Part shown: piece after piece, positions 46,418 to 57,234 of the stretch
Layout of the letters: each line of letters begins with the position of its first letter
Position numbering within the stretch: the stretch's first letter is position 1
Assembly (NCBI GenBank): GCA_963711835.1
Contig: CAVQFQ010000004.1
Span: 320,001-384,000, forward strand
Origin: an uncultured delta proteobacterium
GTDB lineage: Bacteria; Desulfobacterota; RBG-13-43-22
Length of the DNA: 64,000 nucleotides
Direction: 5' to 3'
The notes under the pieces: generated by a model
Told to the model about the DNA's origin: nothing
Database searches by the model: none
The model's input: only the letters and a program-made list of their open reading frames with translations
Translations under genes and position numbers: made by a program

Positions 46418-49400
46418 TTAGGCCGCCTCAATCATAGCGAAAATTTGCCCCTGATCAAAACCTTTCAAGGTAATGGCCCCGGACCGGCAGGAGGCCACAC
46501 AAAGGCCGCAGCCCTTGCAGAGGACCGGATTGATTTCGGCCTTCGCGGTTTTCTCGTTCCAGCCGGGCGCCGAGTAAGGACAGAGGGCCAGACAAACCCC
46601 GCATTGGCTGCAAAGACTGGGAATGGTCTGGGCCACGGTGCCGCTTACTTCGATCGTTAATGCTGAAAGCAGGGTGACGGCCCGGGCAACGGCTGCCTGG
46701 GCCTGGGCAATGGATTCATCCACCGGTTTGGGGTAATGGGCCAACCCGCAGAGAAAGACCCCATCGGTGGCGAAGTCGACCGGCCGCAGTTTGGCATGGG
46801 CTTCCACGAAAAACCCGTCGTCATTCAAGGGAACCTTGAAGAGCTGGGCCAGTTCATGGTCCTTATAGGAAACGATGGCCCCGGCAAGACCTAAGAGGTC
46901 GGCCTGGATCTGGACTTCCTGACTGAGGATATGATCCAAAACGGTTATCTTCAAGCCCTCTGGTTCAACGGTCACCCGGGGTTTGTTGTCTACCGTGTAA
47001 CGGATGAAGAGGATCCCGGCCTGGCGGGCCTGCTTGTAGAGGTCTTCCCGTTCCCCATAGGTTCGCAGGTCGCGATAAAGGATATAGATGTCCCGGTCGG
47101 GGTTTTCTTCCTTGAGTTTCAGGGCCGAGTGAACCGAGTGGGTACAACAGACACGGCTGCAATAAGGCCGTTCCGGTTCACGTGAACCCACGCATTGAAT
47201 AAAGACCACGGACTTGGCTTTTTCCACCAAGGGATCTTTTCCGGCCATCTTTTGGTCCAGCTCCAGATGGGTCATTACCCGGGGATCCTGCCCATAGGTG
47301 TATTCCTCAGGTTTGAGTTCCTGGGCCCCGGTGGCGATGACTACAATGCCATGTTGGATGGAGGTTGGTTCAGAACCGTTGTCGACCCGGACGAGCCGGG
47401 TCGTGAATTGGCCTACGAAGCCGCCCGCATCGAGGATTCGGTGTCCGAGGTAAGTTTTGATCCGGGGATGTTCCTCCACTTTCTTGACCAGATCAAGCAG
47501 ATAGGCCTGGATGTCTTCTCCCCGCCAAGTGGTGTTCAGATGAAGGGCCTGGCCGCCAAGCTGTGAGGATTTATCCACCAGGTAGACCTGGAAGCCCTGG
47601 TCGGCCAATTCCAAAGCGGCGGTAAGTCCGGATATTCCGCCTCCAACCACCAAACCCGAATGGGTAACCTCCACCGAGGTATCCTGCAGGGGTTCCAAAA
47701 GCGTAGCTTTGGCCACAGCCATCCGAACCAGGTCTTTGGCTTTGACGGTGGCCGCCTCCGGGTCATTGGCGTGGACCCAGGAATTCTGGTTACGAATGTT
47801 GGCCATTTCAAAGAGATACTTGTTCAAGCCTGAATCAATCAAGGTTTCCTGAAAGAGTGGTTCGTGGGTTCGGGGGGTACAGGCCGCCACCACGATTCGG
47901 TTCAGCCGGTTGTCCCGGATAACCCCTTTGATTTTTTCCTGGGTATCCTGGGAACAGGAAAACAAGTTCTCTTCTACGAATTCCACATAGGGCAGGGACT
48001 TGGCGTATTCCACCACCTCGGGCACCCGAACTACCCCGGCGATATTGATGCCGCAGTCGCAAACAAAGACCCCGATTCTGGGCCGTTCCCCGGCCACTAC
48101 TCGGGGCTTGGGGACCTGTTTCTCCCTGGTCAGGGTATTCCGGACCGACGCCAAATTGCGAGCCGCGGCGCAGGCGGCGGCGCTGGCCTCCATGACCGAT
48201 TGAGGGATGTCTTTCGGGCCCTGCACCACCCCGCAGGCATAAATCCCGGGGGCAGAGGTTTCCACCGGGGTGAAACTGCTTTTTTCCACAAACTGGTTGG
48301 CATTAACCCCGATCCCTAATTTCTGGAAAAGGTCCAAACTCTCTTTGGGGGTTTCCAGGCCCACGGACAGGACGACCATATCAAAATCTTCGATGACCAC
48401 CTGACCATTTTCGGTGGCATAGGTGATGCGCAGGTCGTTGCTCTCGGGTAACGGATCCACCGTATGGATCCGGGATCGGATAAACCGGATCCCCTGATCC
48501 TTGGCTTTGTTGTAATAGCGTTCGAAGTCCTTGCCGTGGGATCGGATATCCATAAAAAAAACGGTGGCCTCCAAAGCCTCTTTACTGTGTTCCTTGGAAA
48601 TCATGGCCTCTTTGATGGCGTACATGCAGCAGACGGCGGAACAGTAGCCGTGGTCGCAGTGATTGATGTCCCGGGAACCCACACACTGAAGCCAGGCGAT
48701 TTTTTTCGGTTCCTTATGATCGGAAGGCCGAACCAGGTGTCCCATGTAGGGACCGGAGGCGGACAGGATCCGTTCATATTCCATGGCCGTAACCACATTG
48801 GGCATCTTGGCGTAGGCGTAGGTGTCATACAGGGTGGGATCGTAACATTTGAATCCTGACGACAGGATGATTGAGCCCACGTTCAGGCTCAATTCCTTGG
48901 GTTGTTCCTGAAAATTTACCGCCTGGGTGGGGCAAAACTTTTCGCAGGCTCGGCACTTGCCTTTGAGAAAATAAATACAATTTCCGGCGTCGATGACGTA
49001 TTTCAGGGGTACGGCCTGGGCATACTGGACATAAGCCGCTTTGCGGGGCGCCAAGCCCTCGTTATACTCGTCCTTAACTTTCTTGGGGCACTTTTCGGCA
49101 CATAGACCACAGGCGATACATTTGTCCATGTCGATATAGCGGGGTTTTTGCAGTACCCGGACCTCAAAGTTGCCCTCTTCACCGGAGATGGCGGTCAGTT
49201 CCGCCATAGTGAGTAATTCGATGTTGATGTGTCGGCCGACCTCGACCAATTTGGGGGAGATAATTCACATGGCGCAGTCATTGGTAGGGAAGGTCTTGTC
49301 CAACTGGGCCATACCCCCACCAATCGAGGCGGATTTTTCCACCAAGTAGACATAAAAACCGGAATTGGCTAAGTCCAGGGCGGCTTGCATGCCGGCGATA

Positions 49401-49465
49401 CCGCCGCCGACCACCAAGACCGCTCCTACCTGATCACTCATCGATTTTTTTTGTTGCGAAGCCAT
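46418..49465 (-). CDS. hdrA: heterodisulfide reductase subunit A (large, internally duplicated), selenoprotein
   Basis: ORFs 49265-49465 and 46418-49249 are in frame across TGA ([19 protein letters not shown]); two GGGIxG FAD sites, two QCVGSR motifs; hairpin at 49232-49249. Confidence 0.92.
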
Positions 49466-49613
49466 AGGATCTCCTGTTTACGTTGACGAACTCCTTCGCC
49501 TGATATCCCCTCCAACCTCGGGATCAGACGGGTGAGTAAAATTAAAGCTGAGGATGTTACAACCTATAAGTATTCCGTAGAATCTTAGGTGCGGGGGTTT
49601 TGGTTAATAAAAA

Positions 49614-50165
49614 TTAGACACCGCTTCCTTCTTCGATAACCACCTGATCTAACTGTTCTAATTCTTTAAAGGCCACATTAACCCGTTCGCCGGGCCGGGT
49701 GTTGATTTGGATGCCGATGTAATCGGCGCAAATGGGCAGTTCCCGGCCGCTACGATCGACCAAAACGGCCAGGGCAATACGACGGGGCCGGCCGAAATCG
49801 ATCATGGCATCCAAAGCGGCCCGAACGGTCCGGCCGGTATAAAGGACATCATCCACCAGGATGACGATTTTATCATCAAGGGAAAAGGGAAGATCCGTTT
49901 TCCCTATGATGGGCTTGTGATTAATACGGGTCCAATCATCCCGGTAGAGCGTAATATCCAGGACGCCCAGAGGGACCTTGTGGGTCTTGGCCTGATTAAT
50001 TTTTTCCCGGATCCGATTGGCCAGGAAGGCCCCGCCGGTCCGAATTCCGATCAGGACCAAAGCTCCGGTATCGGAATAATCGGCCAAGATCCTGGCCACC
50101 ATTTGGTCCAAGGCCTCAGCCATCCCCTGGCCGGATAAAACCACTTTGGTCTTGCCTTTTTTCAT
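49614..50165 (-). CDS. pyrR: PyrR regulator/uracil phosphoribosyltransferase
   Basis: LDITLYRDD, LVDDVLYTGRTVRAALD, RELPI. Confidence 0.95.
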   Translation of the reverse strand: MKKGKTKVVLSGQGMAEALDQMVARILADYSDTGALVLIGIRTGGAFLANRIREKINQAKTHKVPLGVLDITLYRDDWTRINHKPIIGKTDLPFSLDDKIVILVDDVLYTGRTVRAALDAMIDFGRPRRIALAVLVDRSGRELPICADYIGIQINTRPGERVNVAFKELEQLDQVVIEEGSGV

Positions 50166-50404
50166 AGGGATCTTAAAAAAATGAAATAAAAATTGGAAAT
50201 TAACATAGGGGCGGATATTGGTCAAGAAAAAATGTTCTTTTTTTCTCAAAGCCTTGGGAAGGGGTTTATTTTTTATAGCTGCTTGAAAATTCTAATAAAA
50301 AAGGTTAAGATGGTTGAATCGAACCTTTTTTAACTCTCAGGCCTTCCAGGCCTGGTCTTTAAACCGGTTTATGGAAAGGGTGGGCCACGGTGAAAGGGGA
50401 TTTA

Positions 50405-51115
50405 ATGTTGGGGAATCGGAAAGAGACCGGATTAAGCGAAGTTCAAAAGAATATTGCCTATACCTTTCAGGATCCTTCCCGGCTGGAGCAGGCCTTAACC
50501 CATCGCTCTTTCACCAATGAACACCCAGAATTACAGGGGAAGAATAATGAACGATTGGAATTCCTGGGAGACGCCGTCCTTAATTTATCGCTCAGCCATC
50601 TTTTAATAGAACAATTCCCGGATCTCCCGGAGGGGGATCTTTCCAAGATCCGGGCCGGGTTGGTTAATGAGAGCCACCTGGCGGACCTGGCCCAGGAACT
50701 GAAACTGGGAGATTATTTATTGATCGGGCGGGGTGAAGAGATAACCGGGGGGCGCAAAAAACCTTCGATCCTGGCCGACACCCTGGAGGCGGTCCTGGGG
50801 GCCGTTTATCTGGATGGCGGTTTAGACCCCGTCTCCGAATGGGTTTCCCGGTTTTTTAAATCCACCTTAGCGGATCAAGAGGGGCTTCCAAAAAGTGATT
50901 TTAAGACCCTGCTCCAGGAGTATTGTCAGGGAAAATTGAAAATCACCCCAGGCTATACCGTCTTTCGGGAAGAAGGACCGGACCACAAAAAAGTTTTCTT
51001 TGTGGAGGTCAGGATTCAGGATCAGGTCGTTTCTCGGGGCAAAGGGAAAACCAAGAAGGAGGCCCAGCAGAAAGCGGCCCAAAAGGCCCTGGAAGGGCTA
51101 ACCAAAAATATTTGA
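50405..51115 (+). CDS. rnc: ribonuclease III
   Basis: ALTHRS, NERLEFLGDAVL, dsRBD (GPDH, KKEAQQKAA). Confidence 0.97.
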   Translation: MLGNRKETGLSEVQKNIAYTFQDPSRLEQALTHRSFTNEHPELQGKNNERLEFLGDAVLNLSLSHLLIEQFPDLPEGDLSKIRAGLVNESHLADLAQELKLGDYLLIGRGEEITGGRKKPSILADTLEAVLGAVYLDGGLDPVSEWVSRFFKSTLADQEGLPKSDFKTLLQEYCQGKLKITPGYTVFREEGPDHKKVFFVEVRIQDQVVSRGKGKTKKEAQQKAAQKALEGLTKNI

Positions 51116-51190
51116 ATTTTTGGGATAGTCCCAAAGTTACGTGATTCTCAAACAGAAGGAGTAGCCTCTTAAAATATTAAATCACCCCAA

Positions 51191-51407
51191 AGGGCTTCAG
51201 GGGTCTTGATTTCAAGGATTGTCCGCCAAAACGCCAGTAGCCTGAACCCGGGCAGGAAGTTTATAATGGGGTTTAGAAACAGGCCAACACCAAAGTCCCG
51301 CCTCGGCGGGATGAATGCCCGGCTCCCAACCCACTTAGGAATTCGGGCCGGATTGGGGCTACGGATACCCTTTCGGACAACCTTGAAATCAAGACCCCTG
51401 AAGCCCT
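51191..51407. mobile_element. ~215-bp MITE-like element (copy 1)
   Basis: 27-bp perfect inverted ends AGGGCTTCAGGGGTCTTGATTTCAAGG; body colinear with 61283-61498. Confidence 0.85.
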
Positions 51408-51454
51408 CGACGAATGGAGTGCTTAAAAATCACGTAACGTTGGGACGAACTCCG

Positions 51455-51525
51455 TTTTTGTTTTGATTATTTGGACGTTTGACCTTCGTGCTTGTTTCGA
51501 ATTTCGTGCTTCGAAATTCGAATTT
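51455..51525. repeat. half copy of the heptamer-repeat element
   Basis: TTGTTTCGAATTTCGTGCTTCG is the reverse complement of sequence within the 20077 element. Confidence 0.7.
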
Positions 51526-51543
51526 ATTAGTTTCGTGTTTGTT

Positions 51544-52620
51544 ATGGCTCAACTTTCTAGACGAAGCTCCCCATTTATTATTCCCATTTTCCTGCCCCAA
51601 TGGGGCTGTCCTTTTCAATGTGTCTACTGCCGGCAGGAGAGCATAACCGGCCTGCAAAGGGACTCTATCGATTTTAAGACCTTGTCTGCGCTGGTGGAGG
51701 CCGGCCTGGCCTCCAGGAAAAGAAAGCCGGGACAGCAGACTGAGATCGCTTTTTATGGCGGAACCTTCACCAGTATTGAAACAACCGCGCAGGAGGCCTT
51801 GTTGGAATGGGGCAGCCTCTACGTCCGGCAGGGCCGGGTGGACGGCCTGCGGCTTTCCACCCGGCCGGATGCCCTTCCCCCGGAGATTGTTAACGGGCTT
51901 TGGGTGAAGGGGGTAAAAACCATTGAGCTGGGCGTCCAATCCCTAAATGACCAAGTCCTAAGCGAGGCCCGGAGGGGCCATACAGCCCGGGATACCTTTC
52001 GGGCCTTCGGGCTTTTAAAAAAATGGTCTTTTAATATCGGCGCTCAGATCATGCTGGGGCTGCCCGGTGATGACGGACGGGCCTTCAGGGAGACGGTGGA
52101 GAGGCTTCTAATTTTGAAACCCGACAGGGTTCGGATTTATCCCACCCTGGTTTTACGGGGAACCACCTTAGCCCACTGGTATGAAGAGGGACGTTATGAA
52201 CCCGTGTCCCTGGATGAAGCCGTGGCCTTAGGCGCCTGGGCAGTTGAGCTATTCGAAGCAAAGGGCATCCCGGTCATAAGAATCGGCCTCCAAAATCAGA
52301 ACCAAATGAAATTGGGACAGGATCTGCTGGCCGGCCCTTTTCACCCGGCCTTTGGAGACCTGGTGCGCCGGGAAATTTTCCTGAAAAATCTAAAACATTT
52401 TTTAAAAAACAATGTTCCTTTATCATCCGTTATTGAATTGACGGTTTCGGACCGGGATGAGAGCTTCCTTACGGGTGAAAATAGGAAGGGTTGGCGACAG
52501 CTTATGATGGAATTGGGGATCACTATTCGTTTAAAGAAAGATGGGGGGTTGTTTCCCGGCTCCTGGATTTGTTCACAAAAAAATCACTCCAGGGGCATAA
52601 TGAGGACAATAGGGCCATAG
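51544..52620 (+). CDS. radical SAM protein (Elp3/YhcC-like)
   Basis: GCPFQCVYC, AFYGGTFT, STRPD, IELGVQS, RIYPT, AGPFHPAFG; downstream of rnc. Confidence 0.88.
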   Translation: MAQLSRRSSPFIIPIFLPQWGCPFQCVYCRQESITGLQRDSIDFKTLSALVEAGLASRKRKPGQQTEIAFYGGTFTSIETTAQEALLEWGSLYVRQGRVDGLRLSTRPDALPPEIVNGLWVKGVKTIELGVQSLNDQVLSEARRGHTARDTFRAFGLLKKWSFNIGAQIMLGLPGDDGRAFRETVERLLILKPDRVRIYPTLVLRGTTLAHWYEEGRYEPVSLDEAVALGAWAVELFEAKGIPVIRIGLQNQNQMKLGQDLLAGPFHPAFGDLVRREIFLKNLKHFLKNNVPLSSVIELTVSDRDESFLTGENRKGWRQLMMELGITIRLKKDGGLFPGSWICSQKNHSRGIMRTIGP

Positions 52621-52710
52621 GAGACCGCCATGATGGGAGCCGGTTGAAGTTAACCGTCCCTTGGTCATCCCCCAGTCAAATCCCTTCCCTCACCCTTTCT
52701 CCGGAATTGG

Positions 52711-53469
52711 TTATCCGTAGCGGCCGGTGATGTAGTCGTTGGTGCGGTCGTCCTTGGGCTTGGTGAAGATCTGGCCGGTAGGACCGAATTCGAGCAGTTC
52801 TCCCAGGAGCATGAAGCCGGTCTCGTCCGAGATGCGGGCCGCCTGCTGCATGTTATGGGTGACAATGACGATGGTGTAATCCTTCTTCAGGGTCAGCATC
52901 AGACTTTCAATTTTTTCCGTGGCCATGGGATCCAGGGCCGAGCAGGGTTCGTCCATCAGAACGATCCGGGACTGAAGGGCCACAATCCGGGCAATACACA
53001 GACGCTGCTGCTGTTCCAGGGTAATGGACAAGGCCGACTGGTTCAGCTTGTCTTTCAGGGTCTCCCACAGCCCGACCGCCGAGAAGGCCTTCTCGGCGAT
53101 CGCCACCTGCTTGTTCCTTTTTGACGGCAACTGGCCGTGGACCTTCAGGCCGAAGGTGACATTTTCCAGAATCGACAGAGGAAAAGGGTTGGGCCGCTGA
53201 AAGACCATACCGGCTTCTTTGCGCAGTTCGATTAAATTGGTGCCGGGGGCATAGATATTTTTTTCCCCGATAATCACCTCGCCTTCGATCCGGACCCCGT
53301 CAATCAAGTCATTCATCCGGTTGAGGCAGCGCAGCAGGGTGGACTTGCCGCATCCCGATGGCCCGATCAGGGCCGTGATGGTCTTTTCCTTAAAGTAAGA
53401 GTTAACCCCTTTCAGGGCATGAAAAGACCCGTAATACAAATTGAGATTTTTAACGGTAATGGCAGGCAA
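52711..53469 (-). CDS. pstB: phosphate ABC transporter ATP-binding protein
   Basis: GPSGCGKST, NRMND, MVFQRPNPF, DEPCSALDP, YITGRYG. Confidence 0.92.
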   Translation of the reverse strand: MPAITVKNLNLYYGSFHALKGVNSYFKEKTITALIGPSGCGKSTLLRCLNRMNDLIDGVRIEGEVIIGEKNIYAPGTNLIELRKEAGMVFQRPNPFPLSILENVTFGLKVHGQLPSKRNKQVAIAEKAFSAVGLWETLKDKLNQSALSITLEQQQRLCIARIVALQSRIVLMDEPCSALDPMATEKIESLMLTLKKDYTIVIVTHNMQQAARISDETGFMLLGELLEFGPTGQIFTKPKDDRTNDYITGRYG

Positions 53470-53480
53470 GCCGGCCCCTC

Positions 53481-54233
53481 TTACCCGAATCTTCCGGAGA
53501 CATAATCTTCAGTCCGCTTTTCCTGAGGATTGGTAAATAGCTGTTCCGGTGGTCCGACTTCAATCAGTTCACCCAGGAGAAAAAAAGCCACCTTGTCCGA
53601 GATGCGGGCAATCTGTTTGGTGTTATTGCTGACTAGGATGATGGTATAGTCCTTTTTTAAATTCCGCAAAGCCTCTTCTACCTTGGCGGTTGATATCGGA
53701 TCCAGCCCGGAGGTCGGTTCATCCAGCAGGATGACCTCGGACTGCATGGCCAGGGTCCGGGCGATGCACAATCGTTGCTGCTGCCCTCCGGACAATTTCA
53801 AAGCCGATTCGAAAAGACGATCCTTCACCTCATCCCAAAGAATGGCGGCCCGTAAACTTTCCTCCACCCGCTGGTCCAACAGGTATTTATCCTTGACCCC
53901 GTGGATGCGAGGGCCGAAGGTCAGGTTTTCATAAATCGTCCGCGGCAATGGGATCGGCTTGGCAAAGACCATCCCCACCCGGGCCCTCAGGCTGTTGACG
54001 TCACATTTAGGTAAAAGGATATCTTCCTCGTCTAAGAGTACCCGCCCCCGGATCAAAATAGTCGGGATAAGATCTGTCAGCCGGTTCAAGATGCGCAACA
54101 GGGTGCTCTTGCCGCTGTTGGAGGGTCCCATGATGCCGGTAATCCGTTTTTCCGGGATAGACAGGTTGATGGATTGCAGGCTCGGTTGTTCCCCGTAAAG
54201 GACCGTTAAGTTGATAATCCGGATCTTGTCCAT
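53481..54233 (-). CDS. pstB: phosphate ABC transporter ATP-binding protein (second copy)
   Basis: GPSNSGKST, LSGGQQQRLCIAR, DEPTSGLDP, YVSGRFG. Confidence 0.9.
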   Translation of the reverse strand: MDKIRIINLTVLYGEQPSLQSINLSIPEKRITGIMGPSNSGKSTLLRILNRLTDLIPTILIRGRVLLDEEDILLPKCDVNSLRARVGMVFAKPIPLPRTIYENLTFGPRIHGVKDKYLLDQRVEESLRAAILWDEVKDRLFESALKLSGGQQQRLCIARTLAMQSEVILLDEPTSGLDPISTAKVEEALRNLKKDYTIILVSNNTKQIARISDKVAFFLLGELIEVGPPEQLFTNPQEKRTEDYVSGRFG

Positions 54234-54239
54234 GGTGGG

Positions 54240-55079
54240 TTAGGTATATTTTTTGATAAAGCGCCTCATGATCAGGTAGGCGCTCATATTAATCACCAGA
54301 ATCAGAAGCACCAGGATGGCCGCCGTCCCATAGGCCATGGGCATGGAGATCCCTTCCCGGGCCAGGATGTAAAAATGCACGGCCATGGTTCGGCCGGATT
54401 CGAAGATGGAATTGGGGAAGCGCAGGGATGACCCGGCGGTGAAGATGATAACCGCCGTCTCCCCGATGGAACGGGCGATGCTCAAGACCAGGCCGGTGGC
54501 AATCCCCGGCAGGGCGCTGGGCAGAACCACCAGGGTGATGGTCCTCCATTTCCCGACCCCCAGCGAATAAGCCACCTCCCGGTATTCCTGGGGTACCGCC
54601 AGGATGGACTCTTCCGAGGTCCGGATGATGGTCGGCAGCAGCATGACCGAGAGGGTTAAGCCCCCGGAAAGCAGACTCCAGCCCCAGCCGAAGGCCATGA
54701 CAAAGATGGCAAAACCGAACAGACCCAGAATAATGGAAGGAATGCCGGCCAGGCACTCGGTCCCGAAGCGGATGAGGCGGGTCATCAGACCTTCATGGGT
54801 ATATTCGGTCAGATAAATGGCGGTCCCCAGGCCCAGCGGGGTAGCAAAGGCCAGGGCGATGACGATCAGATAAAGGGTACTGACAATGGTGGCGAAGATA
54901 CCGCCGGAACGGCCCATATCCGCCGGGTTGGTGGAAAGAAAGGTCCAGGTCAGTTGGGGAAGACCATGGAAAAAGATAAAAACGATAATGAAGATCAGGA
55001 CGCCGATCGTCAACCCGGTTAATATCCAAAGCAGGATCTTCATCAAGGTCTGTCGCCCGGGGGCGTTTAGAAGGATCAT
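54240..55079 (-). CDS. pstA: phosphate ABC permease PstA
   Basis: AIYLTEY, LAGIPSI, ARSIGETA. Confidence 0.92.
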   Translation of the reverse strand: MILLNAPGRQTLMKILLWILTGLTIGVLIFIIVFIFFHGLPQLTWTFLSTNPADMGRSGGIFATIVSTLYLIVIALAFATPLGLGTAIYLTEYTHEGLMTRLIRFGTECLAGIPSIILGLFGFAIFVMAFGWGWSLLSGGLTLSVMLLPTIIRTSEESILAVPQEYREVAYSLGVGKWRTITLVVLPSALPGIATGLVLSIARSIGETAVIIFTAGSSLRFPNSIFESGRTMAVHFYILAREGISMPMAYGTAAILVLLILVINMSAYLIMRRFIKKYT

Positions 55080-55912
55080 TTCTTTCGCATCAGGGTACTG
55101 GCCAGGATATTAAGGCCCATAATAAAAATGAACAATACAATACCGGCGGCGAACAGGGCCGTCCGGTGATCTCCCGAGGCGTAGCCCATCTCCAGGGCAA
55201 TGGTGCTGGTCAGGGTCCTGACCGGGTCGAGCGGGGAGGTCGGTATTTTGAGGGCGTTTCCGGCTACCATAATCACGGCCATGGTTTCTCCAATGGCCCG
55301 GGCCATACCCAGGATGATGGCGGTCACCACCCCGGATCGGGCCGCCGGCAGCAGGACATACCACAGGGCTTGCCAGTGCGTGGCCCCCATGGCCAGCGCC
55401 CCTTCCTTGTACAGGAGCGGCACGGCCTGCAGGGCATCAATGGAAATGCTGGTGATCGTCGGCAGAATCATAATGGCCAGGATAATAGAGGAAGCCAGCA
55501 GGGAGAGCCCGGGGCCGCCCAGATAATCGCGGATAATCGGCACCAGCAGGATCACACCCAGGAAACCGAAAACCACCGAGGGTATGCCGGCCAGCAGTTC
55601 GATGGTCGGTTTCAGGATCAACAGCCAGCGGCGGGGACAGAACTCGGCCAGGGTGATGGCGCAGGCCAGGGCCAGGGGCACCCCCAGGATGATGGCCATA
55701 ACCGTTACGGCCAGGGACGAAATGATCATCGAGAGGATGCCGAAATGGCCTTTGGTGGGGGCCCATTGGTCGCTGAAAAGAAAATTTGACAGGCCGACCT
55801 TTAGAATTACGGGCAGACCCTCCCTGAAGATAAAAATGGTGATCAGCAAGAGAAGACCGATGGCCGAAAAGGCCAGGATCATCAGGATCTTTTCAATGAT
55901 CTTTTCCCGCAT
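55076..55912 (-). CDS. pstC: phosphate ABC permease PstC
   Basis: IELLAGIPSVV, ARAIGETMAV.MV.GN. Confidence 0.93.
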   Translation of the reverse strand: MREKIIEKILMILAFSAIGLLLLITIFIFREGLPVILKVGLSNFLFSDQWAPTKGHFGILSMIISSLAVTVMAIILGVPLALACAITLAEFCPRRWLLILKPTIELLAGIPSVVFGFLGVILLVPIIRDYLGGPGLSLLASSIILAIMILPTITSISIDALQAVPLLYKEGALAMGATHWQALWYVLLPAARSGVVTAIILGMARAIGETMAVIMVAGNALKIPTSPLDPVRTLTSTIALEMGYASGDHRTALFAAGIVLFIFIMGLNILASTLMRKK

Positions 55913-55913
55913 C

Positions 55914-56756
55914 TTAATGAACCCCTACCAGTCCCTCCTGTTCCAGGATCCCCTGCCCTTCCTTGCTCAGGACAAAATCAATAAATTTTTGGATGGGTAG
56001 GGAGGGCTGATCGAGGGTAACGAACAGAAAGGGCCGGGTCAAGGTATAGGTGTTGTTCTTAATGGTCTCCAGGTTGGGCTGGACTGAATTCACGGCCGCG
56101 GCCTTTACCTGCCGGTTAACTACGCCATAGGAAATATAGCCGATGGCTTGCGGGTTGCTGGCCACGATTTCCCGGACCGCTCCGTTCGAATCCTGCACCA
56201 GGGCCTCATCGGATATGGGGGTTTTTTTCATGACCAGATGCTCGAAGGCGTCCCGGGTGCCGGATCCTTCCTCCCGGGTAACAAAGTAAATCGGCTTGGG
56301 CAGCCACCCCAGGCCATCCCAGGTCGCGATCTTTCCGGAAAAGATATCCCGCAACTGCTCCGTCGTCATATTCCGGACCGGATTGGCGGGATGGACGATG
56401 ATGGCAATTCCGTCCCAGGCAATAATGATCCTTTTCAGGTTCCTTTCGTCCGACCTCAGTTCCCGGGAACAGGTTCCGATTTGGGCCGCCTTTTCCTGGC
56501 AGGCCTTAATGCCCGCGGTTGATCCACCGCCCTGAACATTGATAATCACCTTATTGGAGTTGATTTCCATGTAGATTTCCGCCAATTTCTCGGCAAAGGG
56601 CTGGACCGAGGTCGATCCGGCAAGGGTCAGGGATTCGACCTGGGAGGAACTTTGAGGGAAACAGCCCGGGAGAAAAAGGCCGAAGATAAACCAAAAAATT
56701 CCCCAGAAGGCTGTTTTCTTTTTCAGAAATGGTCTCACTTCACTGGGATCCATCAA
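55914..56756 (-). CDS. pstS: phosphate ABC substrate-binding lipoprotein
   Basis: LPGC lipobox, AGSTSVQP, GGGST.G, REEGSGTR. Confidence 0.92.
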   Translation of the reverse strand: MMDPSEVRPFLKKKTAFWGIFWFIFGLFLPGCFPQSSSQVESLTLAGSTSVQPFAEKLAEIYMEINSNKVIINVQGGGSTAGIKACQEKAAQIGTCSRELRSDERNLKRIIIAWDGIAIIVHPANPVRNMTTEQLRDIFSGKIATWDGLGWLPKPIYFVTREEGSGTRDAFEHLVMKKTPISDEALVQDSNGAVREIVASNPQAIGYISYGVVNRQVKAAAVNSVQPNLETIKNNTYTLTRPFLFVTLDQPSLPIQKFIDFVLSKEGQGILEQEGLVGVH

Positions 56757-56868
56757 TTCGTATCAGGCGGCAATGATGAAACCTTTCACAAACACCCCCG
56801 AACCTGAACGGCTTCATTCAGCAGGGAATTTACATTTCAGGTGATACACCTTAAGAAGGGATGCCGAC

Positions 56869-56945
56869 TGGTGCGCCCGGCCCGACTCGAACGGGCGGCC
56901 TGCGGATTCGAAGTCCGACGCTCTATCCAACTGAGCTACGGGCGC
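56869..56945 (-). tRNA. tRNA-Arg (anticodon UCG)
   Basis: GCGCCCGTAGCTCAGTTGGATAGAGCGTCGGACTTCGAATCCGCAGGCCGCCCGTTCGAGTCGGGCCGGGCGCACCA; 77 nt cloverleaf with encoded CCA. Confidence 0.97.
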
Positions 56946-57234
56946 CTTCGCCGTAAAGTAATAGCAAAAATTTTTCTTAAATTCAAGTAAACCTCGGACT
57001 GGCCTGAAAATCGGAGGCTAAAGGTTTTTTGCTGAATACAGGTTGATCTTAACAGCCAAGGCTTTAACTCTTTTTAGTTTTTATGCCTTCCCCTCGAATC
57101 CTTGACTCCTTGACTCCCTGAACCCTGGATCATCGCCAACTTTTTTGGAGATGATCTTTTTTTATTCTTCCCCTTGAATCCCCCGCTGGTCTGTGTTAAG
57201 GAATACTATCTTATTTTCCTGAAAGGGTGCCCGG

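Noticed and set aside
49265-49465. hdrA and the hdrD-like gene as split genes or pseudogenes
   Set aside because: Each has a single in-frame TGA at a Cys-equivalent position with a downstream hairpin; selenocysteine explains this better.
50166-50400. PyrR-binding attenuator
   Set aside because: No recognisable PyrR loop motif, and no pyr operon follows pyrR here.
51206-51466. Paralogous small ORFs at 51206-51466 and 61183-61512
   Set aside because: Their similarity comes from the non-coding MITE-like element; starts and ends are not shared.
56757-56868. Riboswitch, 6S RNA or Pho box upstream of pstS
   Set aside because: Only a weak hairpin is visible; no recognisable consensus.
52620-56945. 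pst operon as an island integrated at tRNA-Arg
   Set aside because: No duplicated tRNA 3' end near 52620-52710 and no integrase.
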